From positions 3,094,717 through 3,158,716 of the forward strand of contig NC_068994.1 of the NCBI RefSeq assembly GCF_001194135.2: a DNA stretch of 64,000 nucleotides. Direction: 5' to 3'. This document shows, piece after piece, positions 11,016 through 26,306 of this stretch. This DNA is from Octopus bimaculoides. Its lineage: Eukaryota. The notes under the pieces are model-generated. The model was given only the letters and a program-made list of their open reading frames with translations. It searched no databases and was not told the origin of the DNA. The position numbers and the translations under genes are program-made. Numbering within the stretch: the first letter of the stretch is position 1; each line of letters starts with the position of its first letter.

Positions 11016-11058
<43 letters not shown>

Positions 11059-11200
11059 ATATATATATATACATGCATGCACACAGACACGACATACATA
11101 AATTCGCATATGATCTTATATATATACATAAATACATACACATATATACATACACACACACAGACACACACACATATATACATATATATATATATCAATT
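9540..11200. repeat. (AT)n/(AC)n/(GT)n microsatellite field with gaps N 9652-9694 and N 10577-11015
   Basis: Directly visible; source of the YI/CV/HT ORFs. Confidence 0.9.
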
Positions 11201-11319
11201 CTGTGCAAAACAATTGTGATTGATTTTTTTTTTTTTTCAGTTTCTCTGCAATTTCTTCAATTCGTTGGGGGTTTTTGTCTGTCCCATGGACATAAGATTC
11301 TGTTGATAATTTGACAATT

Positions 11320-11960
11320 GTTAAACTATGACAAGAAATTATGATGAGAAATTAAGAAACTCCAGTAAGAAATTCCTTGTGATACGTTCACAATAGTCAA
11401 TGACATAATATTGAGCCATTTATGATAAGCCTTAAAGCAATTTATGACAAGACCTTATACTGCTATGATAGAAGTTTAGAAACTATATTATCAAATGTTA
11501 ACAAACTATGATAATGACCAAACAGTATGAAATTACAAAGAAATACTAAGAAATTATGATGTTTTAAAAAGACTTGTCTTAGAAAATATGATGAAACATT
11601 CCAGCAATATGACAAAATATTATGATCCTATGATATAGAAATTAAGTGTTTCTGATAGACATTATAGAAACTATAGCACAAGATAGTAAGAAATTATGAT
11701 GAAACATTCAGAAAATATGATTTTTTAAAAAGACTTGTCTTGGAAAATATGATGAAGTATTGAAGCACTGTCACAAAAATTTTAAGCAAAAATATAATAA
11801 ATTCCTGATAAAATAAGATATTATGACATAAAAAATTAAACATCTAGGATAAAATATTCCACTATTGCAATAACAGATATTTAAAATATGACTAAGTATG
11901 GATAAATATGATTAAATATGAGTAAATATGATTAAATACTGAGTATCTATGACAAAATAT
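11320..11960. repeat. Degenerate AT-rich minisatellite built on aaattatga/aaatatga units
   Basis: aa(a/t)tatga recurs many times. The ~55-bp block ttttaaaaagacttgtctt.gaaaatatgatgaa occurs near 11560 and 11720. Confidence 0.6.
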
Positions 11961-12172
11961 GAAAGAGTGATGACTGAAAACAACCTACTTTACTGTATTT
12001 GTCCATTTTCAACAAATTTTAATCAAATTTTTTTATATTGTTCTTTTGTTTCTAATTTTATTCCTTTCTCCATGCAACACACCAAACAGCAACATTTACT
12101 GTAAACAATCGAAATGTCCATTTTTTTTTTCCATATCTGTTTCTTTTGTTGTTTTTCACTTTCCCTGTTTTT

Positions 12173-12203
<31 letters not shown>

Positions 12204-12207
<4 letters not shown>

Positions 12208-12488
12208 TTTACTCTTTTACTTGTTTCAGTCATTTGACTGTGGCCATGCTGGAGCACCACCTTTAGTCGAGCAAATCGACCCCAGGACTTATTCTTTGTA
12301 AGCCTAGTACTTATTCTATCGTCTCTTTTGCCGAACCGCTAAGTTACGGGGACGTAAACACACCAGAATCGGTTGTCAAGCGATGTTGGGGGGACAAACA
12401 CAGACACGCAAACATATACACACACATACATATATACACATATATACGACGGACTTCTTTCAGTTTCCGTCTACCAAATCCACTCACA
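12204..12488 (-). mobile_element. SINE family B (3' portion, truncated by gap N 12489-13039)
   Basis: tttacttgtttcagtcatttgac...gccgaaccgctaagttacggggac...gtttccgtctaccaaatccactcac also occurs at 41859-42272 and inverted at 61252-61438. Confidence 0.85.
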
Positions 12489-13039
12489 NNNNNNNNNNNN
12501 NNNNNNNNNNNNNNNNNNNNNNNNNNNNNNNNNNNNNNNNNNNNNNNNNNNNNNNNNNNNNNNNNNNNNNNNNNNNNNNNNNNNNNNNNNNNNNNNNNNN
12601 NNNNNNNNNNNNNNNNNNNNNNNNNNNNNNNNNNNNNNNNNNNNNNNNNNNNNNNNNNNNNNNNNNNNNNNNNNNNNNNNNNNNNNNNNNNNNNNNNNNN
12701 NNNNNNNNNNNNNNNNNNNNNNNNNNNNNNNNNNNNNNNNNNNNNNNNNNNNNNNNNNNNNNNNNNNNNNNNNNNNNNNNNNNNNNNNNNNNNNNNNNNN
12801 NNNNNNNNNNNNNNNNNNNNNNNNNNNNNNNNNNNNNNNNNNNNNNNNNNNNNNNNNNNNNNNNNNNNNNNNNNNNNNNNNNNNNNNNNNNNNNNNNNNN
12901 NNNNNNNNNNNNNNNNNNNNNNNNNNNNNNNNNNNNNNNNNNNNNNNNNNNNNNNNNNNNNNNNNNNNNNNNNNNNNNNNNNNNNNNNNNNNNNNNNNNN
13001 NNNNNNNNNNNNNNNNNNNNNNNNNNNNNNNNNNNNNNN

Positions 13040-13082
<43 letters not shown>

Positions 13083-13509
13083 TATATTATATATATATAT
13101 ATATATATATTCTAGTTTAATCATCCCTCCTAATCCTAAAACTGGATTTTGAGCTATGAAACCTACCCACCCCATTGAACAAGACTGAACACATCATTTT
13201 AAGATTTCTATTTTTAATATTATTTTTTATGGGAATTTTTTCATTTCTATTTGTACTTTTGTTTCAGTTTTTTTTTGTTTTTAATTCTTTCCTTCTTCAT
13301 TTTAGAAATTTCCTTTTTGGAAAAGTTTTATATAAACCAACCCACACATTCTTGGTAGCATTTTGTGTATACATACATGCATACATACATACATATATAT
13401 ATATATATAGATACACGTTTCCATGTGTATGCGTTTATGTGTGAGTTATGGTCATGCAAAGTTTATAATGCGTTTACTCACAAATGATAATATTAACGCA
13501 TACATATCA

Positions 13510-13576
<67 letters not shown>

Positions 13577-14412
13577 TTCCCTGTTTTACATAAATTTGTC
13601 CCTGTATTTTTCATATTATATGCATTTGTTTTACATGTGTGTAGGTCTGTATAAATGTGTGTGTGTGTGTGTGTGTGTATGCATGCATGTATGTATCTGT
13701 GCACACGCATATATATATTTATATGTCTATCTATCTATTTATACATATGTATATATATATATATATATAAATGTATATATGTATATATATATATATATAT
13801 GTATATTAGTTGGTGAATATAAAAGAAAAAGTGTGATAAAGAGAAAAGAAGCACATATCAATAGACAGATACAAAGAGTCTCCAGACAAACATATATAGA
13901 TACATATATATATAATATGTTATATACCTAGAACTATTTGCACTCACAAATATATACACTCACTCATACTGTTTTATATATGTTTGTGAGTGAGAAGAGC
14001 ATAAGCACATAGATGAATTAAACACACACACACACACACACACACAAATGTATGTATGTATGTATGTATGTATGTGTATATGTGTGTATGGTGACAGTGA
14101 TCACGATGTTTGTAAATAATATTTCATTTCAATTTTTTAAATTTATTTATACATTTATATTTTGTTTATTTATATTTGATTTACAAGTCTGCATGTGAAA
14201 CAATGTATAAAAGTTGCATACTTTCACTCATATGTTTTATCTATCTATTTGTCCATACATACATACATACATACATCTGTACATACCTACATACATACAT
14301 CTGTACATACATACACACATACATACACACGCACACATTCATAAACACATGTATCTATCCATCAATGTCTCTATCATTGCACACATATTTGTTTAATAAT
14401 ACATATGTGCAT

Positions 14413-14454
<42 letters not shown>

Positions 14455-14509
14455 GTAGGTATGTGTGTGTTAGTGTCAGTGCGTGGTACATGGTGTAGTG
14501 TGAGACATC

Positions 14510-14553
<44 letters not shown>

Positions 14554-15853
14554 CTTGAGGATAGACAAATACATAAGCATGTGTGTGTGAGGAGTATTTC
14601 CCATTTCTTTGTCTTTCTAAACATGGCTTGTTGTTCAATGTTTATGTTTTATAGTAAGGATCATTTCATCTTACCTGAATAGTTCTTTAGATTAGGCTTG
14701 GAACAAGAATCTTCCTGGGTGTATCAGCATGTCTTGACCCTTAGAGTGGATATTCCAAGTGGATATTCCATCATGAATTCAAGATCACCACCGCCACCAC
14801 CACCATCATCATCATAATCATCATCATAATCATCATTATCATCATCATCATTATCATCATCATTTCACATCCACCTTCCATGCCGGCATGGGTTGGACAG
14901 TTCAACAGAATCCAACAAGTCAGCAGACCAAATCGTGCTCCACTGTCTGAGTTATTTCATGATTTCTATGGTTGGTTACCTTTTCTGACACCAACCACTT
15001 TACAGAGTGTATTGGATGCTTTTTTTTTTCTTGGCACCAGCACTGGTGAGGTTGCCATGTGACATGCAAGACTAGAGAGCTATCTCAACTGAGTAGTAGT
15101 ACAGTAGAAATGGAGGGAGCTGTATGCAAAATGTCTTGAAAGGTTAAGATATGATATGAGAGGTAGAAACAGAAAAAGGGGATTATACAAGGGTGGCTGG
15201 AAGTAAATGGAATGGAACTGGAAAGAGAGATAAATATGGTGGTGATTAGGTATCAGAGCAGACCCTCAATGTACAATAAGGTGATTAGAAGGGAGAGCAG
15301 TGACAGAAGATCACGATTATTTACAAGTATATCAGGATTATCCACCAGTATATCAAACAAATGACAAATATCAAGAAATATTTTCATTATCCAAAAGAAA
15401 AGATAGAGGAAATATCGATACAGTGATGGAACTCTCAAGTTTCTGGTTTGTCAATGAAACATGAAAAATTTTTGATACAAAACATATGACTTAATACCAT
15501 GTTTTCTTTAGTATGACACACAAACATATGCATGTGTGTGTATGTGTGTGAAAGTGTGTGAATGTGTATAGAGTTGTGTTTGATTACATTATGTAATAAC
15601 ATATTTCTATAAATGCATATAAAAGCATTTGTGAATTTAGTGACACATATATACTAGCGTGTATGTGCGTCTATACACATACAAGTGCATGCGCGCACAT
15701 ATACACACACACACACACACACACAGATCTATGAGTATACATGCATTTAATATGATTGTGTGCATGTATGTATATATGTATGTATTATATATATATATAC
15801 ATATATATATATACACATATATACATACATCTATAAATGTATGTATAAATATG

Positions 15854-15912
<59 letters not shown>

Positions 15913-16307
15913 NNNNNNNNNNNNNNNNNNNNNNNNNNNNNNNNNNNNNNNNNNNNNNNNNNNNNNNNNNNNNNNNNNNNNNNNNNNNNNNNNNNNNNNN
16001 NNNNNNNNNNNNNNNNNNNNNNNNNNNNNNNNNNNNNNNNNNNNNNNNNNNNNNNNNNNNNNNNNNNNNNNNNNNNNNNNNNNNNNNNNNNNNNNNNNNN
16101 NNNNNNNNNNNNNNNNNNNNNNNNNNNNNNNNNNNNNNNNNNNNNNNNNNNNNNNNNNNNNNNNNNNNNNNNNNNNNNNNNNNNNNNNNNNNNNNNNNNN
16201 NNNNNNNNNNNNNNNNNNNNNNNNNNNNNNNNNNNNNNNNNNNNNNNNNNNNNNNNNNNNNNNNNNNNNNNNNNNNNNNNNNNNNNNNNNNNNNNNNNNN
16301 NNNNATA

Positions 16308-16339
<32 letters not shown>

Positions 16340-16744
16340 CACATATATACATACATCTATAAATGTATGTATAAATATGTATATGTATATATATATATGT
16401 ATAGGTATGTATGTATATGGATGTACATATGTATATAGTTACATATATATATAAATTTGAGTGTATGTTATATAAAATTTATTTCTTGTTAAATATATCT
16501 AAAAATTCTATACAATACAGGCTCCCTAGGGATTCAACCTATTACCAGGCCAGTAGCATTGTTTATTGTGGTGGAGAATCTATATAAGACCCTAAATCAG
16601 TTTAGCTGCCATGTGGCAGAGGCCATATAGTGACGGGGCTCCTATCAGACCAGCACTTACTTGTAGGTAGAAGACAAGTCTCAGAAAACCAGTTCTTATC
16701 AATGTCATGGAAACTGTTTATACACACACACATACATATAAATA

Positions 16745-16800
<56 letters not shown>

Positions 16801-16802
<2 letters not shown>

Positions 16803-17020
16803 CAAGTAAGCACATAAATGTGAAACAAGGTGGGGGAAAATAGTACTCAAATACTGGAGGTAGAGTAATATGCTTTATTCTTAAAGCTGCAAAGACATCA
16901 CATTCCTGTTCATGAGGCAATTGTGATTCTGATCACAACTGCCTGATGAATGGGAATGTGAAACTCTGAGTAGCAGTTTTTTGTGATATTTTTGTGATGT
17001 TTTTACAGCTTTAGTAATAA
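16801..17020. mobile_element. Unclassified palindromic repeat family with a hammerhead-like core (copy 1)
   Basis: gaaacaaggtgg...aaaatagtactcaaatactggaggtagag is shared with 22525 and 26101. Inverted arms at 16899-16926 and 16933-16960. CTGATGA-ATGGGAATGT-GAAAC at 16943-16964. Confidence 0.6.
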
Positions 17021-17801
17021 AGTATGTGTGTGTGTATGTAGACATATATGTATGTATATAGATATGTATGTGTGTGTATATGTATGTGTGCATGTTTATA
17101 TATATGTATATGTGTATGTATATATATTCATATATATATGTGTGTGTGTTTGTGTGTATATATATCTATAATTACACACACACACATACACATATATGCT
17201 CATATATGTATGTATGCATGTATGTAAATGATTCAAGATCCAAGAGTTTCATGCACAACACTTATCAACAGATATGTATATAAGTGACAGGGGAAAAATA
17301 CCCAGCGATGCCTGTTGTATGAGAAAAACAAAATAGGGGAAAATAATTGCTAACATAATCAATCTAACTTATGTAGTTAAACAAGAAATTCTGACAAGAA
17401 TTACATCCACAGTGAAAAGGAAAATTCCTCATCTAAACATTTAATTCTGTTTAAGAAAATCAGGGGAGACAACCTCCACAGGATTTCAATTAATTTAAAA
17501 TAACTAAGATTAATTTAAAAAAACAAATTACAGTAAAGAAGTGATCCTGACTTTAGCATGGATGATTCATAACTTTATACATGTTTCTACCTTATTAGAT
17601 CTCTTCATCAGATGTAACCCAGTTGAGCAAATTACAATAAGAAGAGGAGTAGAAGCTTTTGAGGTCCCTGTTATGATTATATCTTAAAGATCCTGATTCA
17701 GATTTGAATTTATCTTAAACAAATCAAAAAGGAAAAGAGTTAATATAAATACTGAGCTATATTATGTTATTTATTTATTATAATTATTATTATTATTATT
17801 A

Positions 17802-18167
17802 TTGCCTTTGCACAGCTTCTAACGCTGGAGATGTACTACGGTGTCAGCTGTTCACCACCAGTGAACTAAGGTAACACCTCTTATTTTTCAAGCTCCTTCC
17901 GGAGTATTCCAGCAGTTCCAAGTAGTGCTGTTTTCTGCAAGTGCTCTACCCTTATTACAGCCCCTATTTGTTCCATCTACTTCTCAAGATTTTTGCTCAC
18001 TGTTCCCAGGGCTCTGACAATTATTGGTACCACTATCACCTTTTTCATCGACCACAACTTCTTTACCTCCCAAGCTAACCTGTCATATCTATCGACTTTT
18101 CTTTCTTCCTTATTGCATACCTTGTTGTCAGCTGGGCATGCTATATTTATGATCCAGCATAGTTTAC

Positions 18168-18168
<1 letters not shown>
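17802..18168 (-). mobile_element. RLE-type non-LTR retrotransposon 3' fragment (R4/Dong-like), flanked on both sides by (ATT)n
   Basis: Minus translation CWIINIACPADNKVCNKEERKVDRYDRLAWEVKKLWSMKKVIVVPIIV covers the D-ia.P.D...K..KY..L..E nuclease motif region. Confidence 0.75.
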
Positions 18169-18225
<57 letters not shown>

Positions 18226-18688
18226 CATTATTATTATTATTATTATAAATACAATTGTGGAGAGCAGTAATTGGAGACAGACCAACAAGGGAGTCTCTGG
18301 GCAGTTGTTTCATGTGATAGAAATGACAGCCAAATCTCCCTCAAATCATTCATACTACCTTTAAACAAGGAATGATACATTGAACAATGTAGCCGAAGGT
18401 ACTCCTAACACTAGAGCTAGAACAACTTTCATTTTCTGCCTGCTTGTTGAGATTGATCTGGGATAAACAATAATAGCAGCCATTTCAGATATTTTCTCCT
18501 CTGGAAGACAGGTGAGAGATATAACAATTGCCAGTCCCTGGAGGGCCGGAAAATATACAGGTGTTGTGGTCATGTTATTCCCTCCAAATGATGATAAGGA
18601 GGATGACCTAGTCAGAAGACAGTAGCTTGGTTGCTAAGTGACTGGATACAAATATGGGCATACAGACATACATATGACTGTATGTATG

Positions 18689-18728
<40 letters not shown>

Positions 18729-18992
18729 AGCTTGTATGTATATATATAAATATATGTATGTATGTATGTACACAATATATAGAATGTCATTATATAAGAA
18801 TGTCATCCGTTCCATTTTCTATCATTTAGCTATTTACATTTATATATAAACTCTATGGATACTATGAAATTTCCTGATGTATATCCAGTAGCAGGAGCAT
18901 TTCCATTGTATGATGACATCAGGTAGCCAGCAATTTCGGATGAGCTTTGCATAGCATTCCACAAGGTTTTTACTAAAATTTTATTTAACTAG

Positions 18993-19030
<38 letters not shown>

Positions 19031-19722
19031 ATCCATAAATGTGATGCCAGTATCTGAACAAAAGCAAACAGGTTAGTGTTAAGGAAACAGATGTAAAGTT
19101 CCAGAACTAATCCGCACCAGTCCAGTCTTGGGTTGGTGTTCACTCGTTTGTGCTGTTGCAGGTTTCTTCAAATTATTGCAATTGGTGTTGGTGTTGTTGT
19201 TGCTGTGGTTGCTGTCAAAACAGCTCACTTCCCTTTTGCTCCATCAGTGGTGATATCCAAAGGGTTGCTGCTGTTGTCGTCATGACAACAGGCCATCACA
19301 CTCCTTTCATCTTGTTCATTATTGGATTCCTATGCTCTTATAAATGTCATCGTGTCATCATCATCATCATCATCACTATCACCATCACCATTACCATCAT
19401 ATCATTATCATGTTCATCATCATCAACATCATCATCATCATCACTATTATAACTATAGATCATGACAGGTCTAAACTCAGAGGGAATCAGAGATGAACTG
19501 AGTTCAATCCCAACTGTAACATTGGCCCTTGCGATATTCCCTTTCCCTCAGCTCCACAATAGTAACGGCTTTGGCTCACATTCTTTTTTTTTTTTCTGTT
19601 CAAGTGCCACATGACAATTGTGTCACCTCTAGTCATGTGACTGCTAGGCAGGTCATAGCTAAGTCACAAATATCCAGCCATACCACAGCTCACTATATCA
19701 CAAACATCTGTATCACAGCCAG

Positions 19723-19759
<37 letters not shown>

Positions 19760-19767
19760 TATACACA

Positions 19768-20160
19768 CAAGGGTGAGTCAAAAAGTAATGCCATTTTGTT
19801 TAGGACAGCTATAATTACCAACACAGGAACATGTATCATCCATCAAAATGAAGCTGGTCCTCTGTGGATCACATCCCTACTTCTCAACATAGTCACCGTT
19901 TTTCTCAGTAGCAATGTTCCACCTTCAAATGAGAGCATGTATCCCTGCCCCGTAAAATTCTGTTGACTGTTCTTTGAGCCACTTCTTCACTACAGTTTTC
20001 ACTTCCTCATCATTGGAATAATGTTTGCCTCTCAAACCCTCTTTCAGGAGGCCAAAGAGATGATAGTCTATTTCATCCTTCCTGCATGAGATAGAGTTAT
20101 CTCCCTTTGACCGGTTCCAGTTGTGTCCAAGAAGGTTCAGTCTACAAGTGATTTCCATTC
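19768..20160 (-). mobile_element. Mariner transposon remnant (TIR plus transposase C-terminus, internally deleted)
   Basis: TIR-like caagggtgagtcaaaaagtaatgcc at 19768. Minus translation DYHLFGLLKEGLRGKHYSNDEEVKTVVKKWLKEQSTEFY..GI..L*RWNIATEKNGDYVEK*. Confidence 0.85.
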
Positions 20161-20683
20161 TTTTTTCTTATACAAAAGAAGAAAGTAGTCAGAATTTGGA
20201 AAAATACTATTTAAGTGCTTTCATCGTCCACAGGGATTCATCATGAATTTATGACGAATTCCTAAAGAGGATAAAAGCACTCAGTAAATAGTATTTTACC
20301 AAATTCTGACTACTTACTTCTTTTGTTAACCTTTTAACACACTGCATTTTGTCTAAAATTGTTTCCCCTGTCACTGCCCTGTTACTACAGGGGAGAAAAC
20401 TCGACAGTGACATAATGCACCTACAGTGTGCTAAAGGTCAACCTATATGAAAACTACAAACAACCTGTATCATACATACATGCATGTGTGCGTATGTGTG
20501 TGTATGGAGAGAGAGAGAGAGAAAGAGTGATGGAAGTATTTGATCTGGTAACCCTGTTTATCATTCACAAGTACAGAAGTGCTCAATGTTGGCTACAGAG
20601 TAATATGTAAATGGATTTAAATCATACTGTTGGCCCAAGTGTCACAGTTGGTCATTTCATACAATTATGATGATGCCTAGCAA

Positions 20684-20733
<50 letters not shown>

Positions 20734-21203
20734 ATGATGATATATATATGTTTTTCTCTCATAATTGATGTGTCCTTCATGCTACTTCATAACTCTAGAC
20801 TGAGCACATCAACCCCTCCTGGGTCATGCAAATTTTAGACATGTGTGCAAGTGAATGTGTGAGTGTGTGCATTGCTTTAAATGAAACTCTTGTAGAGAAC
20901 TAATGTTAAGAGCAACAGTGAGGAATGAGAAGAGCGAGACACAAAGAGGAAACGTTGTTTAGTTTGCTTTCGGTCACACAGGAACTGAAGGAATACAATA
21001 TGTTATCCATAATGGATGGTAATCAGTGATAAAAGATTTTGGCAATCAAGGAATTAGGCCCCAGCTTCATTGAGAACCCTAATATTAGAAAGAAAAGTCC
21101 AAAAATATTTTTGATACAATGAAGTGAATATAGAAATCTTAACAATTTTTATATTTCCTACTGCTGCTAATGCTGCTGCTGCTAATGCTGCTGCTGCTAA
21201 TGC

Positions 21204-21263
<60 letters not shown>

Positions 21264-21784
21264 CATCGTTGTCGTCGTTGCGTAGCCTTTGTCAGTTTTC
21301 CTGAAGTTGAACATAAATATTCTAACTGCAACTCTCCCCCATTTCTCTGTCTGTCTTGGGAGCATGGCATAAGACTTCTGGTATGTATCTGCTCCCTCTA
21401 ACGGAGATGGTGATGTATATTTTCTTGTTGTTGTTGTTACTGTTAATGTTTATTCAGATGCTCTGATCATCTTTATTCACTGTTAGTCAACCTTAGTCAC
21501 CCTTCACCAAGCTCAGCCAAGTTTGGTTAAGCAGCAAAGTTCTTAAAATGGTTCCCAAAGTGTTAAGTCAAAAAGTATACTAAAGGGAATTTGATATAAA
21601 CTACAAAGAATTTTCATTCTTTCCTTCCTTGCTTCATAAATAAAACAGATTTCAATTGGTTTTCTTCTCACGAGTTTTCAAATATAATTTTGTTATTTTT
21701 GTGGTGCACCTCATTAAATCCATCTGTATACTAATTATAAACTACATATCAGCTCAAAGACTTTAGGCCTAAGANNNNNNNNNN

Positions 21785-21815
<31 letters not shown>

Positions 21816-21849
21816 CATATATATACATATATATATAAATCACTAGCCA

Positions 21850-22012
21850 CTAAACCTTTTTCTATTTTCTCTCCCTGTTTATTTTCTGTGTTCCTTTCTG
21901 TCGAAAACCATTGGCTTGAAACGTAAAAGACTTTCTCACTTCACGAGTGTTAAACTAATACATCTGTTTTCTGTTTACGCACCCGTCTTCGTCTTTTGTT
22001 TATTTGTAAATT
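21850..22012. mobile_element. Dispersed repeat between (TA)n tracts, possibly Penelope-like terminal repeat (second copy 62245-62385)
   Basis: gaaacgt(a/t)aaagactttc...ctaatacatc...tgtttac.cac..gtc.tcgtc is shared by both copies. The Penelope-like assignment is inference. Confidence 0.5.
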
Positions 22013-22524
22013 ACATATTAGTAATAGAATAATATACATACATAGATACATCACATAACATCACATACACTTTGGAAGGATATAGATATAGTGTATAGGT
22101 ATTGCATAGCTATGGTAGTATATCACAGACTATAGTGTATGTGGATATATCATCTAGACAATAGTCTACTGGTAGAGGTACATTTGTATATCAGATAGAC
22201 GCTAGAATCATTAGATACAGTTGTATATCCCATACGCCATATAATATCACTACATCAATTACATTATAATATTGAATTGATACAGGTAAATAGCTCTCAG
22301 TAAAATCTTCCAATAAATATATTTGATTAAGCTTTATTTTTTACAGAATTTTGTTTCATTTAATGATTTCTAGAATTTATAGGAATGTTTATTCATTCCA
22401 GTCTTTCTCATTGTCTTCCTTTCTCTTCTCATTATTTTATAAATACATATATACATACATACATACACACACACACATACATGTATATGTTTATACATAC
22501 ATACATATGTGTGTGTGTGTGTGT

Positions 22525-22696
22525 ACCAAAGTAAGCACATAAATATGAAACAAGGTGGGAAAAAATAGTACTCAAATACTGGAGGTAGAGTCATATGTTA
22601 TATCATTAATTCTGAATCACCACTGTCCAACAAACAGGAACATAAAACTTTGAGTAGCAGTTTTTTGTGATATTGTTGCAGCTTTAATAGTAAAGG
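22525..22696. mobile_element. Palindromic hammerhead-like repeat family, copy 2 (degenerate)
   Basis: Aligns to 16801-17020 through ...gagtagcagttttttgtgatatt. The core reads gtccaacaaacaggaacataaaac (G-to-A decayed). Confidence 0.6.
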
Positions 22697-22742
22697 ATTT
22701 AAATGCATGTGTATATGAATATATAGTTTTCATGAAGCATTG

Positions 22743-22789
<47 letters not shown>

Positions 22790-23383
22790 NNNNNNNNNNN
22801 NNNNNNNNNNNNNNNNNNNNNNNNNNNNNNNNNNNNNNNNNNNNNNNNNNNNNNNNNNNNNNNNNNNNNNNNNNNNNNNNNNNNNNNNNNNNNNNNNNNN
22901 NNNNNNNNNNNNNNNNNNNNNNNNNNNNNNNNNNNNNNNNNNNNNNNNNNNNNNNNNNNNNNNNNNNNNNNNNNNNNNNNNNNNNNNNNNNNNNNNNNNN
23001 NNNNNNNNNNNNNNNNNNNNNNNNNNNNNNNNNNNNNNNNNNNNNNNNNNNNNNNNNNNNNNNNNNNNNNNNNNNNNNNNNNNNNNNNNNNNNNNNNNNN
23101 NNNNNNNNNNNNNNNNNNNNNNNNNNNNNNNNNNNNNNNNNNNNNNNNNNNNNNNNNNNNNNNNNNNNNNNNNNNNNNNNNNNNNNNNNNNNNNNNNNNN
23201 NNNNNNNNNNNNNNNNNNNNNNNNNNNNNNNNNNNNNNNNNNNNNNNNNNNNNNNNNNNNNNNNNNNNNNNNNNNNNNNNNNNNNNNNNNNNNNNNNNNN
23301 NNNNNNNNNNNNNNNNNNNNNNNNNNNNNNNNNNNNNNNNNNNNNNNNNNNNNNNNNNNNNNNNNNNNNNNNNNNNNNNNNNN

Positions 23384-23446
<63 letters not shown>

Positions 23447-23482
23447 TGTATGTATGTATGTATGTATGTATGTGTATATATA

Positions 23483-23531
<49 letters not shown>

Positions 23532-23741
23532 GTATATAGACATAGATATGAAGAGAGAGAGAGAGAGGGAGAGAGTTGATTCCATTGTGGACACATATGC
23601 TGCCTTGATTCTTGTGACATTAGAACCCTTTCTCTCTTTCTTTAAACAGAGTTGCCAGTTTATGTTATCAATGTTGTTCTTGTTAATGTTGTTGTTCTTG
23701 TTAATGCTGTTGTTCTTGTTATTATTATCATTATAAATATC

Positions 23742-23773
<32 letters not shown>

Positions 23774-24435
23774 TATTATCAGTGGTGGTGGTGGTGGTGG
23801 TGGTTATGGTGGTGATGTTATTGATGATGTTAATGTTGTTAATTCACAGAGATACTAATATGGACATGTGTGTGCAGATGCATATATATGTGTGTACATG
23901 TGTGCATGTATATGCATGCGTGTTGGGTGGGGTATGTGCCAGTGTTAGCATGTGTGTGTTTGTGTGTGTGTGTGTGTGTGTGTTTGTTTTAAGTCTATCT
24001 GTTGCCAACGCAAGCTGGTTTTCATCATGATGATGATGATGATGGTGATTGGGATGATGGTGGTGTTGGTTGTAATGATGATGATGATTATGATGTCGAT
24101 GATGTCAATAAATATGCACAGAAAACTCAGTCATAACTTTATTACGTTTTAATAACAACAACAACAACAGTCACAATTTCCGTACTTAACAATATTATAA
24201 ACACATCTTTACAATAGATATAGACCCTTGGAGAGGTTTAATTAGCAGTGGTGGTCGTGGCAGAGGCATTGATTATGATGATGATGAATAACAAAACAAC
24301 AATGATGATGATGATGATGATGATGATGATAACAATGGCAATGATGATGATGGTGATATTTTATCAAATGTCCAGGGCAATTAAGCAACTATGACCTTAA
24401 CTCCAAAATTTCTGGCCTTTGTGCCTAAATTAGAA

Positions 24436-24506
<71 letters not shown>

Positions 24507-24920
24507 GAGCTGATGAAGCATCAGACAGAATGTTTAGCAAACATTCCTTCCAGCTCTACATTCTGAGTTCAAATTCTGTCAAGGCTGATTTTGTATTTCA
24601 TTCCTCCAGGATCAGTAAACAAAGGACCACTTGCACACTGAGCTTGATGTAATCACCTAACCCCTGACCAGAAAACTTCAATACAAAGGATTGTTATTAT
24701 TATTATTACTATTATTATTATTATTATTATTATTGCGGCGAGCTGGCAGAATCATCAGCTATGTTCTGAGTTCAAATCCCACCAAGGTCAACTTAGCCTT
24801 TCATCCATTCAGGGTCAATAAATTAAGTACCAGTTAAACACTGGGGTCGATGTAATCAACTAGTCCCCTCCCCATAAATTTCAGGCCCTGTGCCTGTAGC
24901 AGAAAGGTTTATTATTATTA
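24507..24920 (+). mobile_element. Stack of two family A SINEs separated and flanked by (ATT)n
   Basis: Two ttctgagttcaaat...tttcat.c...gtac cores at about 24560 and 24763. Confidence 0.75.
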
Positions 24921-25039
24921 TAAACTATAACCAAAAATGAAGTAGATTGACAAGTTTATTTTTTGAACCTGTGGAAGGTACACCAGATGCTGAAATATCG
25001 TTTACTTAATAACAATGGCACTCCTCTTTTTTTGGCTTC

Positions 25040-25099
<60 letters not shown>

Positions 25100-25149
25100 A
25101 CTTGATTCAAGATTGTTCTTATTCTCATCCCTGGTAGAATTTACGTGGG

Positions 25150-25318
25150 TAGTGGATTACTCCCTGTAACCTTAGATATCCACATGATTGTGCTCAGAAC
25201 ATTTCTGATCCTTAAAGATCATTGCTGTTCCTTAGAGGCAAACCTTCTGTAGAAGCTCTACAGGACATTCTACCCCAATCTCCTTTAATCATTTGTCTAT
25301 GTCATCACTCATTTGAGT
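25150..25318 (-). mobile_element. RLE-type LINE 3' fragment (second subfamily)
   Basis: Minus translation LKEIGVECPVELLQKVCL*GTA, similar to 56837-56953; next to (ACT)n/(ATT)n. Confidence 0.55.
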
Positions 25319-25330
25319 AATTATTATTCT

Positions 25331-25377
<47 letters not shown>

Positions 25378-25713
25378 TAACAACAGTAACAATAATATAG
25401 ATAATGGCAACAAAAAAAAAGTCATAAATTCTTCGGCAAAAGTAAGAAACAAAACCTTTTCTGTGACTAACAAATGATTGGCTTCGAAGTAAATGAAAGC
25501 CTCAAATGGATGAAAGATAAATTAGACCCAGTTAGGATATGAACTCAAGACTGCTAGATCCGTAGGTATTAGAAGACATGAAAAACCAGAAGTGTATCAT
25601 CTTTGTAGCAACCGTGCTGATAATAACATTTATTTCAGTAAATTTTCAAAAGCAAAGATGAGAATGATGATGATGATGATGGTGGTGGTGGTAATGATGG
25701 AAAGGATAATAAA

Positions 25714-25801
<88 letters not shown>

Positions 25802-25944
25802 GGTGCATTGTGTTTAATCATGGGTTATATTTCATCTGCTATAAATAGAACAAAAAGAATACATTCCATTTGAAGACAAAGAGAAAAAATAAATATTACA
25901 GCATGCACACACACACACACACACACATACATACACACACACAC

Positions 25945-25981
<37 letters not shown>

Positions 25982-26100
25982 GGAGGAGACAGCTTTATAT
26001 ATATCTACATATACATATACATATATATATATGCATATATATATATACATACACATACACACATACACATACATACACACACATGCACACACACACACAT

Positions 26101-26306
26101 ATAGGTGCAAAACAAGGTAGAAAAAATAGTGCTCAAATACTACAGGTAGAGTGAAATACTCATTTATTGAAACCAAAAGAAAAAAACTTCACACACTGTT
26201 TATTCAGAGTTTCATGAAAACATTCATCAGACAATTGGGATTACATTATCACAATGGTCTGTTGAAAGCTTTCACGAAATCTTGAGTAATAGTTTTTGAA
26301 GCTTTT

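Noticed and set aside
19060-19330. Unique GC-richer stretches (also 18300-18620 and 29590-29880) as possible extra exons
   Set aside because: Isolated splice-like sites exist (e.g. CAG|GTGAGA near 18511), but I could not build a consistent acceptor-frame-donor model or recognise a protein.
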